64,000 nt of DNA from Basidiobolus meristosporus CBS 931.73 (taxonomy: Eukaryota; Fungi; Basidiobolomycota), in assembly GCA_002104905.1 (NCBI GenBank), contig MCFE01000426.1:13461-77460 (forward strand), given 5' to 3'. A program made the position numbers and the translations under genes. A model generated the notes under the pieces. It was given only the letters and a program-made list of their open reading frames with translations. It did not search any database and was not told the origin of the DNA. Shown one piece after another: positions 1-11,276 of this stretch (positions within the stretch are counted from its first letter, which is position 1; each line of letters begins with the position of its first letter).

Positions 1-121
1 TGTTGTAGCTTTGGCTAGAAAGTGAAGGCTGGTTGAATATTTATTTGCTTGAATTGAGGTCTATGTTCACTATACCAGCCAGCGCTCCAAGCAGCAACGC
101 GTTTAACCATGAAAATCGCAT
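1..121 (-). CDS. 5' part of a probable secreted protein; runs off the left edge of the window
   Basis: ATG at 121 gives MRFSWLNALLLGALA, which looks like a signal peptide. A GT..CTAG intron at 75-15 splices in frame to AKATT. The rest lies outside the window. Confidence 0.45.
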
Positions 122-354
122 ATCGATGATACTGTTCTGAAAGTGGCAAAGGGATAAAGCATGAAGGGCCCGTGGACTTTCCTTTATGCTAGACTTTGCA
201 AGTTGGACATTGTTTGAAGCAAGGTGAAGATTGCCGGCCATGTGTTAGATTCACTGGAGCATGCATGTCATCATACACAGTGATTGGACTCGGCTTATTT
301 GGCATGATATCCATTTATTCTTAAATAAAGAATGAAACAAGCATTTTCCAGTGT

Positions 355-1957
355 CTATTGATCATTGCTAAGTGTGTCGGTACCGATATCCTGGGCAAAG
401 GTCTCTGTGCTGTTATCCTTCTCCCCCAATAGGAGCGCCAACTCCTCATCGGGGATATGGTAGGTGTTCAGGCACTGATACGCTGTGGCTGGTGTTTCCA
501 ATTTCTCCTCCCAAGGGTAGCAGGCAGGTTGCTTTGGATTCTCGGTTTCGGGAAAAGGGGACCTGGCCAACTCATCCCATTCCACCCCTTTGAAAAAGGA
601 ATGCTGCTTGATGGAGGTGAGATTCAGTCTGGCATATGGATCAGATATGACCGTCCGCTTGAGAAGATCCACAAAGTCAGCCTCGAAGTAGGGTGGATAT
701 CGGTCTGGTATGGTGAATGAGGGGCTATCACCTTCTTGTGAGATCTTGAGGGGTACAAATGCATCCAAATAGCTGGAAAGCTTCCCATCCGGATTGTTGG
801 CTATGTGATGCTCAACATAGAGCCAGTACAGGGAAGCCGCCATACTGAACCAATCAGACACGGATCGGTCCTGTGGGTGACTGTCCATGTAAACCTCAGG
901 GGCAGTGGTCATGTCGTTAAACATCATTACATCGGACCATAATGGGCCACGAATCGGCAGCATCCCCCCGTAGTCTATCAACTTGATGTAGTCATTGGTT
1001 TTGTAGTAGGTGAACATCAGGTTGTTCGGCTTAACATCTCCATGGATTCCTCCAGTGATGTGATGGAAATGCTGCAAGCCCAGGATAAATTGCGCAAAGA
1101 TCTTCTTCAATCCCCCAGACGACACCCCAATGAATTGACTCTCCCAACTTAGATCAACACCCGACAGATACTCATACAACACGTACGGAATCCCATCAGG
1201 ATCCTGCCCGTGGCATGAGATCTTTGCTAGATATGGAGAGTGCAGGGCGTTTGTTTGCATTGAATGCATCACCTCCAGCTCCATCTCGAATGAATGGATT
1301 TCATCTTTTTGAGTGACGTTGAACCGCTTCTTTACGAAGCCCAGACCGTTGATTTTGCTCTGCAACACTGCGATAGGTCGTCGGCAATAATTTTGCAAGC
1401 AAATATTCGAACTTACAGACACGAAGTCGTCTGGTCGACAATGTGGCAAAAATCTTCCCAAATACTAGACAGAACAGAATGAGCATGTTGACGATGGCTA
1501 TTGATCCTTGGATATATACCTGTTCAATCTGATCCAAGGTTGCGTGCATATCAAAATCTCTGAATCGATTCTTGGGCGAGTTCTCCGTGTCCTCATCCTC
1601 CAGTTCGTCCTCAATAGATGTCTCTTGCCCATACGACTCTTTGGCTATTTGTGTTTCTTGTTCGTGCGACTCTTGTACTTCTTGCTCATCATCGCTAAAC
1701 AAATCATCACGAAGAATCTCCTCAATGGCCTCTTCCCACCCATCTTCTAACCCTGCCTCATGCTTCAAGGTATCAAAAGCATCCAAGAGGGGAGTTAGGT
1801 AATGGCTCGTGTCATGCAGGTTTTGGAAGTCCATTTCATCCCACAAGTTCCAGGACTCTACCGCAGACAACAGGTGCTCGAATGGTTCAAAGGTTTTTGC
1901 CAAGGCGGAACCTCCAAGGAAGCCCAAACATATCCAGTTTCTCCATAGCATCCTCAA
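355..1957 (-). CDS. Signal-peptide-containing, AGC-derived Ser/Thr protein kinase (~515 aa, 2 exons)
   Basis: Exon 1 (1957-1520, 146 codons: signal peptide plus acidic region) joins exon 2 (1464-355) through a 55-nt GT-AG intron (1519-1465), in frame (EQ|YLGRF). Motifs: FVKK, alphaC E, HGDVKPNN, DYG, APE, SDWFS and the AGC-type tail HSFFKGVEWDEL. Confidence 0.85.
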
Positions 1958-2150
1958 TAAAATCTTAGATTAAACTTCAAGGATATTTTGAATGGAACAC
2001 CAGCAGGCCATAAAAAGGAGATAGTCTATACCACTGTGCTAACTGGACCTTTTAAAGCTACTTTCGGGGATTTATTTTTATTCGTAATTGTAACATTTCG
2101 AAACAACGCATTTGAATAAGTTTTACGTTAATGATTCTGTAACCAGTCAA

Positions 2151-2790
2151 TCAATGGCCCATGGCAATTAAAATCTCCTTGGTTTGAGCAATGGTACAAA
2201 ATTCACCATTCAGATTGGACAGTGTCATTTCATGGATGTCCTCCGCGCGATGTTTCTTACCATTGGGGCCGACTCTATCGAATGTAGCACAGGCATCGTC
2301 TACCAAGAAGGTGTTGAAGCCCAGATTCCCGCTCATTCTGACCGATGTTTCCACACAGTGATTGGTTGTGAGCCCGACAAAGAATACTGTTGTACATTTG
2401 TTCCTACGTAATTCGCTTTCCAGTGGTGTTCCAATAAATGCCGAGTTCACTGTTTTCTTAAACACTGGCTCGTCAGCGTGCGGGACAGCTTCCGCTTTGA
2501 AAGCGTTTCCTGGACGCTCGGGCCTCAACAGAGATCCTGGCTCTGTGGAACAGTGTTGTATATGGAAAATCATCCGCGCGCTAGCTCTCCATGCTTTTAG
2601 CAATCTGGCAATATTCTCTTCACAATCTGGATTGTTTCTATGGCCGCCCCAATAATCAACATCATCAAAGGCTAGTTGTACGGAACCCAGAGTTGGTTAG
2701 CCGCTGAAGGAAATAGCAGCTTACGCAAAACAGATCATTACCTTGTTGGACATCAATAACGACTAGTGCGGCGCTTTGGGGAACATTCAT
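2151..2790 (-). CDS. Isochorismatase-family cysteine hydrolase (189 aa, 2 exons)
   Basis: Exon 1 2790-2742 (MNVPQSAALVVIDVQQ), 70-nt intron 2741-2672, exon 2 2671-2151; total 570 nt, in frame. Catalytic triad motifs IDVQ, KTVNSAF and GLTTNHCVETS. Confidence 0.92.
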
Positions 2791-3192
2791 CTTTGCCGCT
2801 CTGCTACAGGGTACGTTGGCTTTTATCTAAACAAAATGTGTTCTGCATAATTAGTCATCAATCTCGTGGGAACATTCGCATGCACAACGCCCATTAATTG
2901 ACTATAGATAATTAGTCGGGATTAATCATAATTGACTGGTAATTTCATTATTTCCTGCCAGAGTTGAACTAATTTAGGATATATTTCATATCCAATATTA
3001 ACCAGATTGCCGGATCTCTATTGGCCCTCCTAATTTAGTTGCATTGATCAATTGACCTTGTCATTGGTGATATGATAGAAGTGTAAAGAAAGTGTAGATT
3101 TCTATGTTTCTATCAAATGTGGTCAGAGAAATCCAATTCCAATATAAGAACGCCGCTTGTGGTATATGTCGTGTCCACAAACCATCCTAAAC

Positions 3193-4554
3193 ATGAATTC
3201 ATCTACCACCTCCCGGCTATTTTTCGGCAAATTTGTTCACAACGTCGATCTCGAAAATCTCGAATATATCCATGACGGCGTAATTGTAGTCTCGGAAACG
3301 GGAGAAATATTGCATGTGGAGAAAGATGTCACTCAAGAACAACTAGCAAACCTTGCAAGTCAATACAGTTTGACTGCAGACCAAGTGACGATATTGGAGG
3401 AGAATCAGTTCTTCATGCCTGGCTTCATCGACACTCATATACATGCGCCTCAGTACGTTTTCGCAGGCTCTGGCATGAATCTACAGCTTTTAGAGTGGCT
3501 GGAAACTTACACTTTCCCAAGAGAAGCGTTCTTCAAATCGACAGAATATGCAAAGAAGGCATACTCCGATGTGGTCTCTCAATTGATACGCAATGGTACT
3601 ACCACTGCCTGTTATTACGGTACGATCCATGTGGAAGCTTGCAAAATTCTTGCGGACACTGTTGACGAAATGGGACAACGCGCTTACATCGGGAAGGTGA
3701 ATATGGACAGAAACTCACCTGACTACTATATCGAGACTACCGAAGATAGTGTTGAAAAAACCGAGGAATTCATCCAGTTTATGCTGGAGAAGAGCAAGAA
3801 GAATCCCCGTGTCTACCCCGTGATCACCCCTAGATTTGTGCCCTCCTGTACTGGAGACTTGATGAGGAAACTAGGCGAGCTTGCCCGCAAATATGATGTC
3901 CCGGTTCAATCACACCTCTGCGAAAATCGAGGGGAAATTGAATGGGTTCAGCAACTCCACCCTGAACTTCCCAGCTATACCGCTGTGTACGACCATTACG
4001 GACTCCTTACTGACAAGACCATCATGGCGCATTGTGTACATCTCACCGAAGAAGAATGCGCATTAATTAAGAAGCGCAACGCTGGAATCGCCCATTGTGC
4101 AAACTCGAATTTTGCGCTTAGAAGCGGGATTTGTAATGTCCGAAAGCTTTTGGAAGATAAGCAGAAAGTCGGCATGGGGACAGATGTTGCAGGAGGCTAT
4201 ACCACCTCTATGTTGGATGCAATCCGTACAGCTGCTATTGCTTCGGCGGCTGTCAGCTTTACTGAGCAAGATCCTAACGGAAATAACTATTCACAACTTA
4301 AGCTTGCTGAATTGATCTATCTAGCCACAGTTGGTGGAGCCAAGGTTATGGGGCTAGAAGAGCGGATTGGCAACTTCATGGTAGGTAAACAGTTCGATGC
4401 ATTGCTCATCGATCCCAGCAAACCTGAATCCAACTTCCGGCTCTATAGCCATGACGATTTCTATACAACCTTTGAAAAGTTCATTCACATTGGCGATGAT
4501 CGTAATATCAGTAGAGTGTATATTGATGGTCGGTTAGTCAACAGCAAAGACTAG
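3193..4554 (+). CDS. GUD1: Guanine deaminase (amidohydrolase family), intronless
   Basis: DTHIHAPQY, PVITPRF, QSHLCEN, AHCANSN, GTDVAGG and HIGDDRNI motifs. The ATG at 3193 is the likely start. Confidence 0.93.
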   Translation: MNSSTTSRLFFGKFVHNVDLENLEYIHDGVIVVSETGEILHVEKDVTQEQLANLASQYSLTADQVTILEENQFFMPGFIDTHIHAPQYVFAGSGMNLQLLEWLETYTFPREAFFKSTEYAKKAYSDVVSQLIRNGTTTACYYGTIHVEACKILADTVDEMGQRAYIGKVNMDRNSPDYYIETTEDSVEKTEEFIQFMLEKSKKNPRVYPVITPRFVPSCTGDLMRKLGELARKYDVPVQSHLCENRGEIEWVQQLHPELPSYTAVYDHYGLLTDKTIMAHCVHLTEEECALIKKRNAGIAHCANSNFALRSGICNVRKLLEDKQKVGMGTDVAGGYTTSMLDAIRTAAIASAAVSFTEQDPNGNNYSQLKLAELIYLATVGGAKVMGLEERIGNFMVGKQFDALLIDPSKPESNFRLYSHDDFYTTFEKFIHIGDDRNISRVYIDGRLVNSKD

Positions 4555-5153
4555 ACTTGGTGCATTCACCCACCCGTGTATCCAATCCCTTCATCAATAA
4601 ATCATTCAAATGTTTGAGTGTATGTATCTCCGCAAGGTCTGAGGGCTACTAAATTTGTATCATGGCCCCCCAAACCGATCGTGTCTGTCTGGCGACTATT
4701 GGGCTTGCTTTGCTCTGTGTTCTTCCTGGCCAATCTTTCAAACCATGGATGAAACAGTGGATTAAATGTAATTTACGAGCAGTTTACCAGCGGCATCATT
4801 AGCGCTAGCATCACCATTCCATGTGCATAAACAAGATTCATACAAGTTATATTGCAGTGTAGGGACAAGTTCAATAAAGATGGATTCATCAATGCAATCG
4901 GGCATCAACAGATACCACTCACATCCCAGGGGTCGAGTGCCAAATTTGTCTCAAAAGATCACTTACTTGGGAAGTGCCCATTCTTGCTCTAACATATAAA
5001 TTCCCGTTTCTGGTCAATGGGATATCCCCGATCGAAGGTATCTGCAAGTTTGATAAAATTCCCTTTTAAACCCCCTCCATTTGTATACCCCATTGCCTCT
5101 CACCTCCACATTACCTGCTGTAAAGGTATCCACTCTCCATACTATAATCAAAG

Positions 5154-7803
5154 ATGGGGAATCGAAATTCCAAAGTAGCAAACTCTGGGGAAGAAGGTAT
5201 CCAAGGTTTTCATGGCTTTGGTATAATACTTGTTCTAATTCTGACTTCGTACCTAGTGAATTTGGGTCACTTTGTCTTACAGAATAGTGTTGGTAAGGGG
5301 AGCTTTGGAAAGGTATTCCTCTTCACTTCTGCTTTCTCTCTCTCTCTTTGCCTTACTTTGACACGAATATCTCTACATATCTTGTGTATCATCCCCCCGT
5401 ACATTTCGCTTTTTCCAATCGACTTGTATCTCACTTCGCCCAAAAGTTATTTAACTAGTAGCTTGCACCTCAAGCTACCCACACTTGCTTTTTGCGACTC
5501 CATACCCAACCCATTTCACCACTACCCCCCCCTCTCCCGCCATTCCTCTCCAAGCTTCTAACCCCCCTCTCAGGTTCGAATAGTGGAGCACAAGGAGACC
5601 AAAAAGCAGTATGCTCTCAAGTATATCAACAAGGTGGAGTGTATCAGGATGAACGCGTTAAAGAACGTTCTTCGGGAGAGGAACATACTGGAGAAGCTGG
5701 ATCATCCATTCATATGCAACATGCGCTTCGCCTTCCAGGACGAGTGCAATATGTTCATGGCACTGGATTTGATGTTGGGTGGTGACCTGAGGTTTCACCT
5801 GAATCGCCGCCGATTCTCAGAAGAGGCAGTCAGATTCTGGATCACCGAGTTGGCGTGTGGTCTTCGCTATTTGCACAAGCAGTCTATCATTCACAGGTAT
5901 GATGTGGGCCGAGAGATCAGAGGGTGGAGGCTGGATGTCAGTGATTTGGTTCCAAAGCATCAGCAGCAGTGCCAACACTGGCAGAGTCTGAAAGACACCA
6001 GAGCGGAGGGGGCGAGAGTGGGTGGGGATGAAAGAGCCATGTGAGCCCAGAGACTAACCAGCGTTCTATCTTCTACTCCACTCCAGGGATATCAAGCCAG
6101 ACAACATATTGCTGGATCAGGCAGGTACGTGATATCTCCATGAGCCATACTCGAGCGGTTGAGGTGGTGGTGGTAGTAATACTGTTGTTGCCACTGCTGC
6201 CACTGCTGCTGCTGCTGTGTGACGACGAAGCTGAGTAGATCAACGCGACCAACACTAATTGCGTTTCATCAGGGCATGCACATCTCACCGACTTCAACAT
6301 TGCCATTGCGTATACCGACAAACCGTTGTGGTCCCGCTCAGGAACATACAACTACATGGGTAGGTACAATTACGAAGCCTGCGCCTCTCATCAAGACACA
6401 TCCATTGAGGCGAGCAAAGAACGGGGGAGGCAGTGGGGGGGGAGAGAATGGTGCAATGCGATATGGATGCTGAGAGTGGGAGTGGGGTGAGGGCGGGAGT
6501 GAGAGTGAGAGAACCAGCACTCATACGCTTACTTCTTTGTAGCCCCGGAGATCTTTTCCTCACAAGGGTACGGTACATCGGTGGACTGGTGGTCACTTGG
6601 AGTGGTATTCTACGAAGCAATCTACGGCAAGGTAAGAGAGAGTGATAGTTTGAGTGACTGGTGGCTGGTGACTAGTGACTAGTGACTAGTGGCCGGTACA
6701 AGAATGCAGGTATGCAGCCGAGTTCCCAGCCATTGGTCTGGGGTACGAGGGGTGTGAGTGAGAGCGAGGGTGAGGGTGAGGATGAGGATGAGGGTGAGGA
6801 CGAGAGTTGGGAAGTATTGAGTGCTGGCCACCAGAGACAGAGAGTCCAGACCTACTCGCATGGACATTGGTGTACTGACTTTGCTTTGTGTTACTAGCGT
6901 CCATTCATATTTGACCATGCTGACAAGGTGAAAGAAGCTATACAACATGCAGAGATCCAATTTCCAGAGGTCTCCAAGACTGGGCCAGTGAGCGAAGAAT
7001 GCATATCAGCCATGAAAGGGGTAAGTGCTCATGGCCCGTCAGCTCTGAATCCAATCATGATGCGGGCTCCACTACTTTGAGTAGCCGCGTGTGTGTGATG
7101 GATGAGAGAAGGCAGTGCAATGAAGTGAAATGAAGTGAAGCCAAGCGAAGTGAGCCAGGACTGACACATGGTTGCATTCACACAGTTCCTGGAGCGTGAT
7201 GTCACCCAGCGGTTGGGATGTGGGCCAGATGGGTTTCTTCACATCCAGCAGCACCCATTCTTCCGAGACATCGATTGGGATGAACTCGAGCAGAAGCGAA
7301 GCAGACCTCCATTTGCACCCAGTGTAAGTGATATCAGTACACACACACACACACACACAAATATATATATATATATGTATATATATACATGTACATAACT
7401 ATGCATCACTGCAAGGCTCATGCTAACCTCCCCTTCCTTCTAGCAAAAACGGTCAAATTTCGATATCACCTACGATCTTGAGGAACTACTACTTGAACAG
7501 AATCCACTAGAGGCTAAGCCAAGCAAACGTAGCCAAAAACTAAGAGCCACACTTGGTAAAGAGATGGAAAGTATTGAGAAGGAATTCAGGAACTTTGACT
7601 ACCTGTTGTACGAGAGGTATCCTGGATATGTTGACCCACTCAAGATGTGTGTGGGTGACCCACCTGAATGGGTAAAATGTGTGGATTCTAAGCCGATTGC
7701 TAGTGAACTGCGAGAAACCAAGAGTCTTGAAGTTATTGGGACAAATTGTGGCGAAATGCACATTCCGTTGCCAGAAACCCGTCGGCGTACCCTGGATGTA
7801 TAA
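5154..7803 (+). CDS. STK32/YANK-like AGC kinase, copy 1 (9 exons)
   Basis: Exons 5154-5196, 5257-5312, 5574-5896, 6087-6124, 6273-6359, 6543-6631, 6898-7020, 7186-7323 and 7444-7803 splice in frame. Motifs: MGNRNS (myristoylation consensus), [47 protein letters not shown]. Confidence 0.9.
7337..7390 (+). repeat. Compound (AC)n/(AT)n microsatellite in kinase intron 8, also present at ~10815-10868
   Basis: Directly visible in both kinase copies. Confidence 0.9.
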
Positions 7804-8410
7804 ATGGTAGAGAACCATCACTTGCGTAATTTGCAGGAAGCTTTACCAAAATCACCATTTACTTGATATACATTCACATTCATATATTCTTATCCTCAGT
7901 CAGTCAGTCAGTCCCATTTGTACTATACTCCTTGATTACCGCCTCCACCCCATTGAACCCTTATAGACAATCAAGATTGTAGATTTTGTATGCTCGTAAC
8001 GATAAACATATGAAGATTGTAGATATAGTATGTTCTCAACGACAAATATGAACATAACTGTGGTTGTTCTGGTAACAAACAAATGAGTAATCTGGCGAGA
8101 TTACCAAGTAGCCCTGGTTACACATTTCTATGAGCCCAAAATTCCCCACTAAACAAGGGATTCTAATGGCCTAATCTGCGCTACAAAGAAATCCAATCCA
8201 TTACTATATGAAGAAATATTTAACGGAAATTTCAATGGAGAATACCATATAAATGGTCCCCAGGACTTCATTTATATTACGCATCCTTATTACAAGTAAA
8301 CTTTGGTATAATTATATTATCGAATATGGATGGCCGGCATAATAATAATAATTTCTTATTACCACGACTCTACTTGAGTCTTAACTATCCGGAGTGAAGC
8401 GCCAGAAGTA

Positions 8411-11276
8411 ATGGGCAACCTAAAATCAAAACACTTTGAAGATGGGGAAGACGGTAGGAATTCTCCCGCTGTTTTCTATCCCAGTCGAGCTTTCCCAAAG
8501 CCACGCTTGCTAACTTTCCTATTATTCTTTCTAAACTTTAGTGACCCTCAATCACTTTGTTTTACAAAACAGTGTTGGTAGAGGGAGTTTTGGAAAGGTA
8601 TTTCTCTTAACATTTATTTTCCTTATTCATAGTCACTCTCGAATTCCTATTTCGTGTGTACGTGGACTGCTTCCCATTCACAATGGTGGGAAGTTACGCG
8701 ATTGTCGTTTTGTATTCACCCCTTTCACACGTATATATTTATGTTTGCCTGTTTGAATTCGCGCTATTATTACTTCAAGTGTTTGATAGCGAGAAGTACG
8801 CCTAATTTGGCCTTCGCTCTGTCTCAACCTCTGTTTACTAGTAGCTTGCACCTCAAGCTATCCACACTTACTTTTTGCAACTCCACACCCAACCCATTCC
8901 ACCACTACCCCCCCCCTCTCCCGCCATTCCTCTCCAAGCTTCTAACCCCCCTCTCAGGTTCGAATAGTGGAGCACAAGGAGACCAAAAAGCAGTATGCTC
9001 TCAAGTATATCAACAAGGTGGAGTGTATCAGGATGAACGCGTTAAAGAACGTTCTTCGGGAGAGGAACATATTGGAGAAGCTGGATCATCCATTCATATG
9101 CAACATGCGCTTCGCCTTCCAGGACGAGTGCAATATGTTCATGGCACTGGATTTGATGTTGGGTGGTGACCTGAGGTTTCACCTGAATCGCCGCCGATTC
9201 TCAGAAGAGGCAGTCAGATTCTGGATCACCGAGTTGGCGTGTGGTCTTCGCTATTTGCACAAGCAGTCTATCATTCACAGGTATGATGTGGGCCGAGAGA
9301 TCAGAGGGTGGAGGCTGGATGTCAGTGATTTGGTTCCAAAGCATCAGCAGCAGCGCCAACACTGGCAGAGTCTGAAAGACACCAGAGCGGGGGGGTGAGA
9401 GTGGATGGGGATGAAAGAGCCATTTGAGCCCAGAGACTAACCAGCGTTCTATCTTCTACTCCACTCCAGGGATATCAAGCCAGACAACATATTGCTGGAT
9501 CAGGCAGGTACGCGATATCTCCATGAGCCATACTCGAGCGGTTGAGGTGGTGGTGGTAGTAATACTGTTGTTGCCACTGCTGCTGCTGCTGCTGTGTGAC
9601 GATGAAGCTGAATAGATCAACGCGACCAACACTAATTGCGTTTCATCAGGGCATGCGCATCTCACCGACTTCAACATTGCCATTGCGTATACCGACAAAC
9701 CGTTGTGGTCCCGCTCAGGAACATACAACTACATGGGTAGGTACAATTACGAAGCCTGCGCCTCTCATCAAGACACATCCATTGAGGCGAGCAAAGAACG
9801 GGGGAGGCAGTGGGGGGGAGAGAATGGTGCAATGCGATATGGATGCTGAGAGTAGGAGTGGGAGTGGGGTGAGGGTGGGAGTGAGAGTGAGAGAACCAGC
9901 ACTCATACGCTTACTTCTTTGTAGCCCCGGAGATCTTTTCCTCACAAGGGTACGGTACATCGGTGGACTGGTGGTCACTTGGAGTGGTATTCTACGAAGC
10001 AATCTACGGCAAGGTAAGAGAGAGTGATAGTTTGAGTGACTGGTGGCTAGTGACTAGTGACTAGTGACTAGTGACTAGTGGCTGGTACAAGAATGCAGGT
10101 ATGCAGCCGAGTTCCCAGCCATTGGTCTGGGGTACGAGGGGTGTGAGTGAGAGCGAGGGTGAGGATGAGGATGAGGATGAGGATGAGGATGAGGATGAGG
10201 ATGAGGATGAGGATGAGGATGAGGATGAGGATGAGGATGAGGATGAGGATGAGGATGAGGGTGAGGACGAGAGTTGGGAAGCATTGAGTGCTGGCCACCA
10301 GAGATAGAGAGTCCAGACCTACTCACATGGACATTGGTGTACTGACTTTGCTTTGTATTACTAGCGTCCATTCATATTTGACCATGCTGACAAGGTGAAA
10401 GAAGCTATACAACATGCAGAGATCCAATTTCCAGAGGCCTCCAAGACTGGGCCAGTGAGCGAAGAATGCATATCAGCCATGAAAGGGGTAAGTGCTCATG
10501 GCCCGTCAGCTCTGAATCCAATCACGATGCGGGCTCCACTACTTTGAGTAGCCGCGTGTGTGTGATGGATGAGAGAAGGCAGTGCAATGAAATGAAGTGA
10601 AGTGAAGTGAAGTGAAGCCAAGCGAAGTGAGCCAGGACTGACACATGGTTGCATTCACACAGTTCCTGGAGCGTGACGTCACCCAGCGGTTGGGATGTGG
10701 GCCAGATGGGTTTCTTCACATCCAGCAGCACCCATTCTTCCGAGACATCGATTGGGATGAACTCGAGCAGAAGCGAAGCAGACCTCCATTTGCACCCAGC
10801 GTAAGTGATATCAGTACACACACACACACACACACAAATATATATATATATATGTATATATATACATGTACATAACTATGCATCACTGCAAGGCTCATGC
10901 TAACCTCCCTTCCTTCTAGCAAAAGCAGTCAAACTTTGATATCACCTACGATCTTGAGGAACTACTACTTGAACAGAATCCACTAGAAACAAGGCCTCGT
11001 AAGCGCAACCAAAAACTAAGAGCCACGCTTGGTAAGGAATTGGAACGTATTGAGAAGGAATTCAGGAACTTTGACTACCTGTTGTACGAGAGGTATCCTG
11101 GATATGTTGACCCACTCAAGATGTGTGTGGGTGACCCACCTGAATGGGTAAAATGTGTAGATCCTGAACCAGCCCTTTCAGATACTCGTGGCACCAAAAG
11201 TCTGGACGGATTTGATTCGGACAACGAAGACTTTGCACCATTCTACGATATTCGTAGAAGAACTATGGACGTCTAA
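8411..11276 (+). CDS. STK32/YANK-like AGC kinase, copy 2 (tandem paralogue, 9 exons)
   Basis: Same exon structure as copy 1. Starts MGNLKS, contains GRGSFG, and the last exon is 10920-11276. The central region is nearly identical to copy 1. Confidence 0.9.
10161..10260 (+). repeat. (GAGGAT)16 hexanucleotide microsatellite in intron 6 of kinase copy 2
   Basis: Perfect tandem array. The equivalent site in copy 1 (~6778-6790) has only 2 units. Confidence 0.95.

Noticed and set aside
10068-10371. ORFs encoding poly-ED, poly-IL and poly-HP
   Set aside because: These are translations of the intronic (GAGGAT)n microsatellite.
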